NCBI GenBank assembly: GCA_964016885.1
Contig: OZ024740.1
Coordinates: 26,784,001 to 26,848,000, forward strand
Origin: Eledone cirrhosa
Taxonomy: Eukaryota
Length of the DNA: 64,000 nt
Direction of reading: 5' to 3'
The notes beneath the pieces were generated by a model. It saw nothing but the letters and a program-made list of their open reading frames with translations. It was not told the origin of the DNA and made no database searches. A program made the translations under genes and the position numbers. This document shows positions 26,714 to 42,806 of this stretch, piece after piece (positions within the stretch are counted from its first letter, which is position 1; each line of letters starts with the position of its first letter).

Positions 26714-26905
26714 GATGCTATAGTTGTTAGTTGCTGATCAGTCAAATAGCAGATGCTATAGTTGTTAGTTGCTGGTCAGTCAAATAGCAGATGCTATAGT
26801 TGTTAGTTGCTGGTCAGTCAAATAGCAGATGCTATAGTTGTTAGTTGCTGGTCAGTCAAATAGCAGATGCTATAGTTGTTAGTTGCTGGTCAGTCAAATA
26901 GCAGA
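26714..26905. repeat. Minisatellite, 38 bp x5, near-identical
   Basis: gatgctatagttgttagttgctggtcagtcaaatagca. Confidence 0.95.
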
Positions 26906-28094
26906 CGGTTTATAAAGAAAAACATCATGGCTGGCGATAACTCCATTATTAATTATATTAGTGAGTTTCATATTTAATCTCTTTCTGTTCTTATGTGGGG
27001 TAAGACTAATTGGAGTGAGATATGACTGCTATTTCTAGTAATTCTACTTATCGCATATGAACTCATATTTGTAAGTAAGAGAGGCAGCGGTTTGTATATA
27101 TAGGTGTGTATATAGACGGCGCCGAATTTCAGGTCCTTAGAACGTTAGATAGAATGCTTAGCAGTATTCATTTCGGATCTGTGATCTCTGAGTTCACTAT
27201 CCGCCAGGGTCAACTGTGACTTTCAGCCATTCTAGGTATTTGTATAAAAGTACCAGTCAAGTACTGGTGTTGGTTCTTCCTTTATATGTCTTTCTTACGC
27301 TCTCTTTCCTTGGTAGAAATCTGGTGTAGTCAGCCATGGAGAGGATAGGTCTCCACCAGGTTTTAAAATGCCCTAGAAATGCCATATATCAATACAGCCC
27401 CCTACGACCACCTCGGAATTCTCAGGTCCATGAATGTCATTCATATTCAAATCTTGGTAGAGATATTGCATGTGTGATTGTGTTTATGTGTCAATGTGCG
27501 TGACTATCCATTGTTTTTTGGTATTTTGTTCTTTTAGTATGAGGTCGAATCTTCATACAAATGTTTCTTGTCCGTGAAAATGTTTGTTTGAATGTATGTG
27601 TTGAAATCTTGGCATGCCTATTGTGTATGGATATGTGCATTTGTGTATGTGCGTGTAAGCGTGTGTGTTTTCGTGTGTGTGAATCTGTATTCAAAATACA
27701 TATATCTTATATGTGATAATAGGTGTTATTTGGAGTGTGCGTATGTGTTCAAACATGGATATAACTATATGTGAGTGTGTGTATGAATTCATATGTCTAT
27801 GTGTGTATGTATGTATGCATCTATGAATGTATGCGTGCATGTATGTATGTATGTATGCATTTGTGTATGCATGTATGTATGTATATATGTATGTCTCTAT
27901 GCATGTATGCATGTATGCATGTATGAGTGTGTGTGGGGAAGGGGTGTTCATGTGTATGTATATTTCAGTGTGTGTGTGTTTAAATCTTCAAGTCGATTTT
28001 CCGTGTCGCTCCTTGTAAATTTGTGTATATAAGTGTGTGTGTGTATGTGTGTGTGTGTGGTTATGTCGTTGTGTGTGTGTGCGTGAGCGCGTGT

Positions 28095-28622
28095 GTCTGT
28101 TTGCCTGGATGTGTGATTATGTATACGTGTGTCTGTGTGTCTGTTTGCCTGGTTGTGTCATTATGTGTACGTGTGTCTGTGTGTGTGTTTGCCTGGATGT
28201 GTGATTATGTGTACGTGTGTCTGTGTGTGTGTTTGCCAGGATGTGTTATTATGTGTACGTGTGTCTGTGTGTGTATTTGCCTGGATGTGTGACTATGTGT
28301 ACGTGTGTCTGTGTGTGTGTTTGCCTGGATGTGTGACTATGTGTACGTGTATCTGTGTGTGTGTTTGCCTGGATGTGTGATTATGTGTACGTGTGTCTGT
28401 GTGTGTGTTTGCCTGGATGTGTGATTATGTGTACGTGTGTCTGTGTGTGTATTTGCCTGGATGTGTGATTATGTGTACGTGTGTCTGTGTGTGTATTTGC
28501 CTGGATGTGTGATTATGTGTACGTGTGTCTGTGTGTGTATTTGCCTGGATGTGTGATTATGTGTACATGTGCATGTGTGTGTGTTTGCCTGGATGTGTGA
28601 TTATGTGTACGTGTGTCTGTGT
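28095..28622. repeat. Minisatellite, ~44 bp unit
   Basis: tttgcctggatgtgtgattatgtgtacgtgtgtctgtgtgtgtg about 12 times. Confidence 0.9.
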
Positions 28623-29167
28623 CTCTGTTCTTGTGAACGCCTCTCTCTCTTCTATGTGTCTGTGTGTCCGCCATCATGATTGTGTGTTTGCAATGAGTTG
28701 CATCTATTCTTGTGATTTTAGGTGTGCGTATGTGTATATATTCTCTGTATAGTATGCCTATATGTGCTTGTCTATTTCACTGTGTGTGTGGATATATCTA
28801 TGTATCTATGTGTGATTGTGTACGTGTATTATAGTATTACACGTCTATTTCTCTCTCTCACTCTCCTTATACAGTATATGTCCCTTGCTGTCCTTACCTG
28901 TGTATATATGTGTAGTGAAACAACAATAGGTGTATGTACTAAAATATATGTTGTTGGCATGTCACTCTATGTGTATGTATGCTCGTATTCCATAAATACT
29001 CGTGTGTGTCTTACTGTGTATGTGTAGGTAGTATTATACATACACTTACACACTTCCAGACAGACACACATACACACGCTTAATACATGTGTTTGTATAT
29101 ATATATTATATATATATGCGCGTATATCTATCTATCTATCTATCTCTCTATCTCTCTATCTATCTAT

Positions 29168-29213
<46 letters not shown>

Positions 29214-29244
29214 CACACACATATATATATATATATATATACAT

Positions 29245-29312
<68 letters not shown>

Positions 29313-29399
29313 ACACATATATTTATATATATCAACATATATATGTATGTAGTATGTATGTATGCATGTATGTGTGTGTGTGTGAGTGCGTGCGTGCCT

Positions 29400-29855
29400 G
29401 TGGGTGTACTAGTCGAGTGCATGTCGCAAGTGCGGCGCGTGCCAGCGTAAACCAGCTGGCTCCGGCCATCACAGTTAGAACAGGCAGACAGACAGGTAGA
29501 GAGGCTGACACACAGACATGCAGATGCACAAGGAGAAGCGGCAAAGTAGACAGACAGACAGACAAACAGACAAACAGACAGGCATGCAGACTGGCAGAGT
29601 GGAAGACAGGCAGACTGGAAAACAGGCAGACAGGCAGACTGGAAGACAGGCAGACAGGCAGACTGGAAGACAGGCAGACAGGCAGACTGGAAGACAGGCA
29701 GACAGGCAGACAGGCAGACAGACGTGCAGGCAATCCTGTTTGTTTTCTTCCATTCACAAAATGGCGGCCAAGTGCGACGATTTTTCAATATAGTTGTGAC
29801 AAGGTTAGTAGTTCGCGGCGTGAGTAGAGCTGATGCGGAGGCGGGGATATGCACG
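29400..29855 (+). promoter_or_regulatory. CpG-rich patch with YY1-like AAAATGGCGGC motif and a splice-donor-like AAG|gttagt
   Basis: Local CpG enrichment; motif at ~29757-29767, GC box gaggcgggg at ~29839; second ATATGGCGGC at ~30525. Confidence 0.3.
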
Positions 29856-31966
29856 TAGACACATGCACACTCTCACATACACACACTCACACATACACAT
29901 ATGCACAGTCGTAGGCTCACAATACACACACTTACACATATACACGCTCACATGCATACACACTCACACATACACACTCACACACATTCACACTTACACA
30001 CATGCACACATTCACCCTCACATATATATACACACTCACCCACATTCACACTCACACACATCACCCTCACTCACATTCACGCTTACACACATACACACTC
30101 ACACATGTATACATACACAGCAACGAATACACATGATTCAAACAAATATATGCATGCATACACATGTATATACACAGACGCACACAAGCATATATATATA
30201 TATACACACACACAGATACATATATATATATATATGTATATGCATGCATATATATATATCTGTATGTGTGTGTGTGTGTGTGTAGATACATACTGATATA
30301 TATACACGCATTTGTATATTCATATGAAATTGTATATTTGCTTATTTTCTCTGTTTGCACGCGCGTGTGTGTGTGTGTGTGTGGGTGTGTGCGTGCATGT
30401 GTGTATATATGTGTGTGGGTGTGCATGTGTGCCTATCAGAGTCTGTGGATGTAAAATAGCAATATAACAATACAAAAAAAACTACAAAACACAAAACACA
30501 ACAAAAACCTATTTCAAGACCATAATATGGCGGCGACGACAGAAGTGTAATGAAAGGGGGAATGTTTACATGTGAATTTTAAAGTGAGTCCCACTAAATG
30601 GATTTTCAATATATTATTAACATACATTATTACTATTAATACTATCATTGCTATATATCATTAATATATTTCTTATGCCTATCATTCATATTTTATATTT
30701 CACAACATTAATTTATTGTATTGTATCCTATAGTTTTTCTCCCAGTATATATTTTTCAGCGAGAAGTCGTTCTAACTTAAATCACGATGCACCATATGTG
30801 ATTTATTTTCGTAGTTTATCATATTATTATTATTTCTATTATATGTTATATATTCTGTAATGTTGCGTTATTCTCATCATTATTTTTGTTTCTGATTTAT
30901 TCTAAGAGTTGTCTAATTCGTCATCATCCTCATTACCTTATTTTTACGATTACTATTATTACTTATTTTTAAATATTTATATTTTAGTCTTATTTATAAA
31001 CATTTCCTTCACGCCAAAACACCGCCACATTGTATAGTTCTATACCGTCCTTATTGTCCGCTTAATGTAAGCTCCCTGTGGCTAATAAAGAAATTATCAT
31101 TATTATCATCATCATCATCATCATTATATCATTAGCTAATTTGAGGAGGAGAGGGTTGCCACCCCGGGTGCCCTAGAAGCGCAGGGTGGTTCAGGATGGG
31201 TGGGGTAACTGAGTCACCCCTGGGTCGTCCACCCCACTAGAGGGGAGTTTATTTTGTTATATTTATGCATAGTTTATTTTATATTTGTATATCTTCATTG
31301 TTAAATTAGTCTTGCCATTGTGCACTTTTACCCGACCTTATTGTAACCCCGCCCTCTGTCCCTGTCTTTGTATTTTCCCCTACATGTCGGCCCTTGTGGC
31401 TAATAAATGAAATCATTATTATTATTATTATTATGGTCTGAGTTCAAACCCTGACGAGGTAAACTTTGTCTTTCATCCTTACAGGGTCAATAGAATAAAG
31501 TACCAGTAATACAGTGGTGTCTATTTAATCGATGTTACCTTCTCCCCACATTGTAACTACAATAGAACCCATTATTAAGGTAGATGACAATAAAGCCCTC
31601 TCAATATTTTGTAGCCTTCTTCCTAACTTAGAAAGTATCGTCATTGTTCGTGTTGTGCTTCTTATTGTTGTCGTTGTCGTCTTCGTCATTGTTCCTGTCA
31701 TTTTTATTATTACTATTTGTCATCGTTTAATATGTTTCCTCTTTTGGAGTCCTTCAATAGAATATATAGCCATGCTATTATACACACATATATACACACA
31801 TACATACATATATACATACACACACACATACATGCACACATGCATACATACATACAAACATACATACATACATGATTATGGCTGCCACCTCGTTATCGAG
31901 TATGGCCATTGCACGAAAAAATCCCATAATTACGACAATAATAATAACAATAATAATAATAATAAT

Positions 31967-32042
<76 letters not shown>

Positions 32043-32043
32043 G

Positions 32044-32167
<124 letters not shown>

Positions 32168-32208
32168 CACACACACAAACACACATATACATATATATAT
32201 ATATACAA

Positions 32209-32239
<31 letters not shown>

Positions 32240-33904
32240 ATAACAATAAACAGTACTGCAATCGAATGTGGCTTTTTAGCCCATCTAAAGTCATGCATAC
32301 AAACATACATACATACATACAAACATACATACATACATACAAACATACATACATACATACTTACATACATACATACATACAAACATACATACATACAAAC
32401 ATACATACATACAAACATACATACATACATACTTACATACATACATACATATATACATAGATACATACATACATAAATGCATACATACATACATAAATAC
32501 ATACATACAGAAATATATACATACATAAATACATACATAAATACATACTTACATACATACATACATACTTACATACATATATACATACATACATATATAG
32601 ATAATTACATACATACATACATACAACATACATAAATACATACATAAATACATATATACATACATACATACATATATACATAATTACATACATACATACA
32701 ACAGACATACATAAATACATACATACATAAATACATACAAACATACATACACACATACATACATTCATACATACATACATACATACATACATACATACAT
32801 ACATACATACATACATACATACATACATACATACATACATACATAGATATATGCAATTATGTATGTTTCCCTGTATTTGTGTTCATCTACCGATCCAGTG
32901 GTACAGGAATCGTTACCAACCTATATTTCTCTAATAATTCCTTCCTGAAACAACGCTAATACTTAATAACGGCAGAGTTTATCTTTAAAACATATAATCT
33001 CACAAATTATATGCCTTCCTCTAAAATCCCACATTTATTATCATCATTTATTATCTTTTATGTTAATATTATTGTTATTAATAATAATAATTGTTTCTCC
33101 CTTTGGCTCACACAAAGCCAGCAAATTGAAGGGAAGGGGAAATTCGTTTAAATCGACCCCAGCGTGTTGCTGGTACTTTATTTTATCGACCTTTAAAGAT
33201 GAAAGGCAAAATTAACCTCGGCGGGACTAGAATTATTAATAATCATTTCTTATTGAGGCACAAGACCAACACTTTGGGGGAGAGGGGAAAATAGATTAAA
33301 TCGACCCCAGTGTGTTACTGGTACTTTATTTTATCAACCTCTTAAGGATAGTAGGCAAAATTAACCTCGGTTAGATATAAATTATTAATAATAATAATGT
33401 TATTCATATCGTTAATAATAGCAATATTGTTGTTGTCACCGTCTTCGCCACCATCATTATTCGCCACCAACAACGTTGTCACCTGACACGAGAAAAAATG
33501 AATAAACAAATATTTTTTTGATAAATTGCAGTGGAAAAGATGATGCACGTGAGTGTGTAGAGAAGCAGCTAGCTTCGACTATGTACCCAGCTGGACAGCT
33601 GTTTACTACTACTGCTTTTGTCATACACATCATGCGCCTAACATGCCACTTGCCACGTTAGTTTCACATTCATTTTCCTCACGCCTCTTGCCATCCTACT
33701 TTCACTTTCGATATTGCAAGTGTTTACAGTAGTCACGCTTGCTAAATGTTGAACGAAGATGTGATGGAGTAACGAAAACGGAATAATGATTGGGTACAGA
33801 AGGCAAGTAATGGCAGTAGTTATGTCGTAGTGCAATAGTCGTGTGCCTAACACAACATCATCCTGAATATTTAACAGTAGACCTAACGATCTAAGCGTCG
33901 CATA

Positions 33905-33961
<57 letters not shown>

Positions 33962-34405
33962 GTATGTATGTATGTATGTATATAAATATATACGTTTATG
34001 TAAATATTTTGCAAGATAATTGCTGTAAATTCATGTGTGTGTGTATGAGAGAGAGAGGGAGAGAAAGAGAGAGACCATATATATAATATATATATTTATA
34101 CTGCTTATATATATACATAAAATCATATATCTCTACATATATACATATATGCGTGCGGGTTGTAAGATGTTTTCGTAATAAGTGACCATGCTCTGAATTG
34201 TGTTTATTGCAGAGAATATTTCCTCCAATTAACTAGGCAGATAGATAGCAAGTTAAGCTCACTGGAGATATACATAGAGGATATAGCTAAATAATACAAA
34301 GACACACACACACGCAAAAACCTATACTCAATCTCATTGTCATAAATGCGTAAACGCTTTTTTATAAAAATCACCCACACCTCCATATATATATATATAT
34401 ATATA

Positions 34406-34555
34406 GCAAAAGAGTCAGGGCCCCGACGGCTGAGCTCCGGCCGTTTCGACAGCTGTCGGGGTCCTGACTCTTTTCTTATTACCCACTCTACTACACAGTA
34501 TCGAGTACGTTGGTGCGTTATGGTCCACCTGGTCCCTTACCACACTTCCTTCGTT
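34406..34555 (+). mobile_element. Half-hammerhead hairpin family copy
   Basis: Same head (ccccgacggctgagctc..ccgtttcgac) and tail as 9277; in (TA)n. Confidence 0.75.
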
Positions 34556-34855
34556 ATATATATATATATATATGTGTATGTGTTTATACATACATATATA
34601 CATACATATATACATACATACATACATACACACACACACATATATATATATATATAGCGAGAGAGAGTGAGAGAGTGAGAGAGAGATATATAGATATACA
34701 CATTTCCACATGATGCATACATTTGTGTGATAAAAATGTGAAAAGATATCTATTTCCTACACAGCGTTTACGAAGCTAAATAAAATTACTAGCTCTGTTG
34801 CTTTTTTCCTTTTCCGTAACCGAATTTTTCTACTTCGTCATATATATATATATAT

Positions 34856-34919
<64 letters not shown>

Positions 34920-34936
34920 GCATATATATATTTACG

Positions 34937-34973
<37 letters not shown>

Positions 34974-35757
34974 GTAAATATATATATGTGTGCATGCGTG
35001 TATGCACATCCATATATTCAGGTATACATACATACATGCATACGTACATACACACATACAAATATACGTACATGCATACGTGAATACATATATACATACG
35101 TACGAGCATACATACAAACATACATACACACACACATACATACATACATACATACATGCAGGGCTGATATTAAAGGGACAATAAGGACGGTACATAGCGC
35201 TATAATGTGTGTTATAATTGTTTATAATAACTAAAAAAATAAACATTTAAAAAGAAAAGCTTCCAAATTCCTCAAAAGTGAGGATAAATCCGAGGGTCAC
35301 TTGTAGAGAATAATAATAAGAGTAATAATGATTTCTTTATTAGCCACAATAATAATAACAATAATGATTTCATGTATTGGCCACACGGGCTTTCATGTAG
35401 GGTACAATACAATAATAATAACAATAATATGTACTTTATGTTAGAGAAGACGATAACATACATTGTTATAATTGAAGATAATAAATTAAAAATTACAAAG
35501 TTGCTATTACATTAATAAGTAATTTTATACATCCATCCATACATCCATCCATTCATCCATACATACATACATCCATATATACATACATACATACATACAT
35601 ACATCCATCCATCCATCCATCCATCCATCCATCCATACATACATACATCCATATATACATACATACATACATACATTGATGCATCCATCCATACATACAT
35701 ACATTGATGCATCCTTAGGCAGACCGAAGCCTTGCATACTAGCCTCATACACACACA

Positions 35758-35834
<77 letters not shown>

Positions 35835-35877
35835 GGGGAGAGGGGGAGAGATAGCTACACAGGCGCAGAAATATATA

Positions 35878-35913
<36 letters not shown>

Positions 35914-37569
35914 CGCCTATAATAATGGGGATTGTTCTTGTATTCTATATAATATGAATTATTGAGCTTTATGTGTATGTGTGTCTGTGTATGTGAGTAT
36001 GTATGTGCGTTTTTCATTTTTGAATTATATTTCTAAGGTGCCGTCAAATATCGAACTCATTTTGATTCTAATCATATTGAAAACTAAATCGTGTTTGTTA
36101 CTTCCATATCCTACACTAATTTACCTGCCATATCGGATTTTGAGGACGTAAATATGGGTTTTGAATTTAATAATTTCTTGAATTTTCATTTCTGATGGTA
36201 ATGATCTTGATAGTTCGTTTAATGCATGAGAGATTGAGTGAAAGTAGTTTGTGTAGGAGTAGTATGAATCGGAAATTTTCTTCTGATTTGTCTCCCCTTG
36301 CACGTATATCTCTTTACTCAAACCCTAGGCTGTCTCAGCTAATATATATGTATGTATTTATGGACCCATATCTCCTGAGAAAGTCGTAGGGGCATTATAT
36401 TGATATACAGTATTTCTAGGGCATTTCGTAAACCTGGCGGAGACCATCTCCTCCCCAGGTCTAAATATAGCAGAATTCAGCCACAGAAGGATAGAGGGCG
36501 AAACATAGATATAGAGGAAGAATCGACCTCAGCATTAAACTGGTACTTTTTTAAAGACCTTAAATGGATGAAAAGCAAAGTTGAAAGGAAAGTTGACCTC
36601 GGTGAGATTTGAACTCAGGGTGTAGAAAGTCGGAACGAATACGCAAAGCATTCTATTCCACGTTCTAATCATTCTGCCAATTCACCGCATTCTCAGTTAC
36701 TATGTATTAATATTAATAATTGTTTCTAATTTAAGCACAAAACCTGCAATTTGCGGGAGGAGGAGATATTCAATTAAATTGAACCCTGTAATTGAATGGT
36801 GCTTTATTTTATCGATACAGGAAAATGAAAATAAATGTTGACTTCTGCAGTAGTTGAACTCAAAACGTAAAGAGCCGGAATATAAACCAAGAAGCATTTT
36901 ATTCGATGCTATTACGACTTCGTCATTGCTCCGACTTGGTTCCAAATTAAGGTACAAGACCAGCAATGTAGGTGAGGGGAAAATCGATTATATCTAACAC
37001 ACTAATACTATAATTTAACATAACCTAGATGCATGAATGTCAAAGTTGATCTCGCCGAGATTTGGTTTCAGAAGGTATATGCCATAAACTCAACGTAAAA
37101 TCTCCAGGCAAATACAACAAGGTATATCTCGCATGTTCAAACGTTTCTAGTAATTCCTCAATGGTGATAATATTTTGATTGGCTAAAATCCAATGACATA
37201 ACCGTGGAAGTACTTGGGGGCTGTACTGTTTGGTGCTGGATAAAGCTAAAAATAGGAATGGGTGGATGTTATCCAATGAGACAGATATTTGATAAAATAA
37301 CAGAATAATTATTAGATTATATAAACTAATTTAAACAAAATATTATAGTGACAAAGATATAAAATAAATCAACTTAGGCACGGCAGCACAGTTGAGAAAA
37401 CGTTGGATTGAACGATTCATAGGGTTCTATATTTCTGCTGACCCAGCAGATAATATATTACGGGAGATCAAAGAGAGTAGCATTAAACATATCTACGGTC
37501 GGGGTGGAGGTGGGAGAAGAGATAATGATGATGATGATATCACGGTTCACACTTCTATGTCATTCGGGT

Positions 37570-38900
37570 ACTACTGCAGTTGATAGAGTTGAGTATTATA
37601 CACAAGAAGAGACTTCTAATGTCCATTCCGGTTGGCTTTCCTCATTAGATCTGTTCAGCAAAAGTTTCCTGAGACATTCTAAGCTCGCCCGTAACATCAG
37701 AGCTACAATCTCTTAATTCGAAGAAGTAAAATCACTAACTGGAGTGACACTCTAATCTCCGAGCTATGCACTCTATCGAATAACGTTACTCCAAAAACAA
37801 TTGAGAGAAACTCCGTTTCCGTTGCTTGTATTCTTTAGATTCATGAACATAGGTAAGGGTTAGCATGAATACCAAAATGAAGATAGCGAGTTTGGCTTTT
37901 ACACCTACCTTCCTTTTTCTGATAACCGAATGCTGAAGCTGGATCATTACTGCACCGTCTCCTGCTATTCTTGCACTCATTTCAGCCTCTTGTTTTCCAT
38001 CTCTATTAAACACGGCCTCGATATATTTGAACTGCTTCCTCTACTTCAGTGGAATTCCATTCATATAAAGAGTGCACTGTGCAGGCTTCCTTCCGATGAC
38101 GAATGTCTCCATCTTCACGGCAATGATTTTCATTTCTGTCGTGCAACAGCAGGAAACCCATGAAAAGTATTTCGGAGATCTCCTTCCAGCTAGTTAAATA
38201 GTACAATGTCGTCCTCAAAACCCAGCCGACTGATCCTACATTCGCCAATTCTGATACCACTTCCAACTCGGCTGAGTGTGTCAATCTTGTCTATGAAAAT
38301 TATGATCAGGAGAGGTGATAGTACGCACCCTCGCCAGAGTCCGACTCCCACATAGAATAGTTTCAACTAAGAAACATTTACTCGAACACAAACACTAGAA
38401 CATTCATATAGGGACATCAGGGCAACAAGAAGCTGTCCATCCAACCCACACTGCTGCAGAACCTTCCTCAATCGGTCACGTGGTACACAGTCATATTCCT
38501 TTACGAGGTCTACGATACATGCATACACCTCTAAGCCAGACACCCATGATTTTTCAAAAACCTGCTGCACTGTGAATATTTGATCGGCTGTGATTTGTCC
38601 AGGTTTAAAACACACCCTTCATCAGATAGCTCGGACTCAACAATAACCGTACATCTCTTTGCCAATCTTTTATCATAGAATTTAGCGGGAAGCACGACAA
38701 GGATATCCCTCTATAATTGGAGCAATCTCTCTCGTCTAACGTTATGAAAACGTCCGATTATCACTACCGATTACCATTGTTTAGGTGCCTTCCAAAGATC
38801 CAGGCCACTCGGCACTTGTGATTCAACAGCAGATTACATTATATCGGGGGGGGGGGGGCGAATTTCATCCTTCCTAGAGGCTTTGCTACAGTTGGGCTTT
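37570..38900 (-). mobile_element. RTE-clade LINE, decayed RT and 3' region
   Basis: CFKPGQITADQIFTVQQVFEKSW..ACIVDLVKEYDCVPRD, LSPLLIIIFIDKI, GKQEAEMSARIAG..KAKLAIF..LTY.HES across broken frames. Confidence 0.8.
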
Positions 38901-39269
38901 TAAGTCATATTGTGACCTTATATATTTTTCTTTTTGTCGGTCTCAACCCAGACTGCAGCAACAAAGACCCTCCGCCTCGTGTCACGGTCTAACATCACAG
39001 CTTTGATAAATGAACGGCCTGAACGTGTAATTATACTGAGATGTGTAACTTTAACGTAATTCTTGAGTAAATTTAACCTATGAGAGAACTGGCCCTTTGA
39101 AAAACGTGTTCAGCTCATTCGAATTATTTCTGGCACTCTATGTTCACTAAACAGTTGAAGGATATGCCATATGTCCAAAACGATGGTGGCTACAAATTAG
39201 AATCGAACAATAAACCATCCAACTGAGAATCGATTTCCTGAACAATACCTGAATGTTGCGCTCAGTATA

Positions 39270-39430
39270 TAAATATATTCCTTTTATTAAGGCTAAATAG
39301 TGAGTGGTGTTATCTGGAGTTTCGCATGCTTTTTAAAGGTTCATCAGTCAGGAAATTGTCTGATGATCTTGTGAGAAACAGGCGAAATTCCACAATAAGT
39401 ATTTAACCTTAATAAAATGGATGTTTAAAC
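39270..39430. mobile_element. Degenerate inverted repeat with back-to-back HHR-like cores
   Basis: TCATCAG at 39341 and CTGATGA at 39360, each followed outward by gcGAAA(c/t)tcca; outer arms ttttattaagg(c)taaata / tatttaaccttaataaaa. Confidence 0.55.
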
Positions 39431-39693
39431 TCTACTTGGGTATTAAATACTCTTTTCTCTCAGCGTTCAACTACATACGCATAAATAAATAATAAAAAAA
39501 AAATATATATATATATATAAGAATTGAAGTTTCCGTTGAAAATTCAAACATTATATATATATACATTATCATTATTAATATTATTATTATTATCATTAAG
39601 GTCAGTTCTACAATGATACTATAACAGCAAAGTGCGTTTAGTTGTTTTGGAAGACTAATTTTATTTTCAACCGGTACCGGGGAAAATGAACCC

Positions 39694-39817
<124 letters not shown>

Positions 39818-40208
39818 AAAAGGTAAATAATGACTTCACTTATGATTTAATGATTTAATGTTATAATATGATATTATAATATGATGATTTAATGTTATAA
39901 TATAATCTTATAATGTTAGTTGTTAGATCCAGTAAGTTCTTTGTTAACTTAGGTGGGAATAATTAACTTGGGTTGGAGAACTTTCTCGCATTCGTCTGTC
40001 GGTGGCGATTGTAGGTAAACTTTGCCTTTCATCCTTACGGGGTCGATAACATAAAGTACAATTAATGTACTGGTTAATTCTGGCCTTGTTCCAAAAGTAG
40101 AAACAATTATATTATAACATTAAATCATGAATTTTTTAACACTACAAGTTAAGTTATTCTTTTCCTTTTTTCAAATTTACCTAACTGTACCAATGATCTC
40201 ACACATTT

Positions 40209-40248
<40 letters not shown>

Positions 40249-40369
40249 TATATATATATTTGTAGTAAGGTTGCTCCGATACGTCCACAGCCGTGTGCCG
40301 GTTCAGCACTCTATACTATTGTAATACTTTAAAAAATTGTGTTCCGATGCATCACTGATTCTTCGTTTT

Positions 40370-40445
<76 letters not shown>

Positions 40446-40589
40446 ATGGTGGTTGTGTAACGAGTATTTAACATATACGCAATAATATATGTTAAGCATT
40501 TCAGAAAGCCGGCCAGCATTCTGAAATACTTATCATACCTTCACTACATATCTCAGAATGCTTCATATTAACTATACAACTATATATAT

Positions 40590-40655
<66 letters not shown>

Positions 40656-40716
40656 GTTGAAATAAAATGAAAACGAAATTTCATTTCTCACTCTTAGTAT
40701 GGCACTTACTTAAATG

Positions 40717-40768
40717 TAAGTATGTATGTATACGTACATACATATATGTATACAGACGTACAGTAGCA

Positions 40769-40858
<90 letters not shown>

Positions 40859-40916
40859 TATATATACATACAGGTACACAAACTGATACGTGCATATATG
40901 TATGTGTACCTGTATG

Positions 40917-40978
<62 letters not shown>

Positions 40979-41030
40979 TGCTACTGTACGTCTGTATACA
41001 TATATGTATGTACGTATACATACATACTTA
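40717..41030. repeat. Inverted duplication of microsatellite-rich sequence
   Basis: tacagacgtacagtagcatgc(TA)n..caggtacaca / tgtgtacctg..(TA)n gcatgctactgtacgtctgta. Confidence 0.8.
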
Positions 41031-41031
41031 C

Positions 41032-41104
<73 letters not shown>

Positions 41105-41110
<6 letters not shown>

Positions 41111-41545
41111 AAAGAATAGACGTGTAACACACAAGTTATTATATATTGGTAAACGGAATAGAAAATGCTGACAAATTGTTCACAGTTGAAAAATGGTTTA
41201 GTTAGGAATAAAAGAGTATTAGTGATTGTATGGGTTAGTATTCAGTTGTGGTTTTAAGTTTTTAAGTTTTTACCGGTTGCGCATTTCTAAATGCTTTTCA
41301 AAAATAATTTTGAGATAGAGTGTCCGTGCTGTTTGCTCTGATCTGGGCAAACAGCACGGACACTCTATCTCAAAATTATTTTTGAAAAGCATTTAGAAAT
41401 GCGCAACCGGTAAAAACTTAAAAACTTAAAGCCACAACTGAATACTAACACATACAATCACTAATACTCTTTTATTCCTAATTAAACCATTTTTCAACTG
41501 TGAACAATTTGTCAGCATTTTCTATTCCGTTTACCAATATATATA
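41105..41545. repeat. ~400 bp near-perfect palindrome with one-sided tail; no HHR seen
   Basis: Arms ~41139-41338 / 41343-41545; tail homologous to 58300-58382. Confidence 0.85.
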
Positions 41546-42644
41546 TATATAGTTATGTAATAAAAAACATAAGGCAATTATTTCATTTACCAGTGGTTTC
41601 TTAAAAGCCAAAAAATTATGCTTTCGATCATCAGAATCAACAAGTCCTGGTGTATTTATTGGCGTTGGATTTAAAAAAAAAAATATAATCTATATGAAAG
41701 TGAGGCTGGAAATGGAAGGAAAGGAAAAATAAAAACACACATGTAAACACACACACACACACACAATTATATACATACACATATATATACATACACATAT
41801 ACATACACACACACATATACACACACACACACATATATATGTGTATATATACATACACATACATATACACATACATACATACACACATAAATATCAACAT
41901 ATCCATACATACACATACATACAAGTACACAAACGTGCATACACCCACACACACACACATATACATGCATATATATATACATAAACATATATATACACAC
42001 ATACATACACACACATATATATATATACACACACACATATATATATATATATATACATACACATAAATATACATACATATATACATACACATACATACAT
42101 ACAAACAATCATTCGTATATACACACGTACATACATACACATACATACACACATATATACACGCATACATACGCATGCACAAATATAGAAATATATACAC
42201 ACACCTACATACTCACACAGACAAATAAATATAAGAAAAAATATATAATAATAAAAAATAAAATGAATATAAGGATTATTATAGTGTTGACAGCGATACA
42301 GGCAACAAATAAATGAACAAGCACACGTGGTAAGCAATGCACACATATGCACGTACACATACATACGTAAAAATAAATACATACACACACTCTCACACAT
42401 AAATATACATATACAAATACATAAACACATACATACGCATACACATATACATACACACACACACACATATATACATATATACACACTCATACATATATAT
42501 ATATATATATATACATATCCATACATATATACACATACATATACATACATACCACAAACACATACATACAAATACAAACACACACATATATATATGTGTG
42601 TAAAACTCATTCTTAGATAATTCATATGAACCTTGTTTAACCCT

Positions 42645-42734
<90 letters not shown>

Positions 42735-42806
42735 AAAGTTCTATTTAAATTGTTGGGATACAACAACCAAATATTTTTATAACTGATATAAACATTTGGA
42801 GCAAAC

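Noticed and set aside
26714-26905. 38-bp repeats superficially CRISPR-like
   Set aside because: Head-to-tail with no spacers, no cas genes, eukaryotic context
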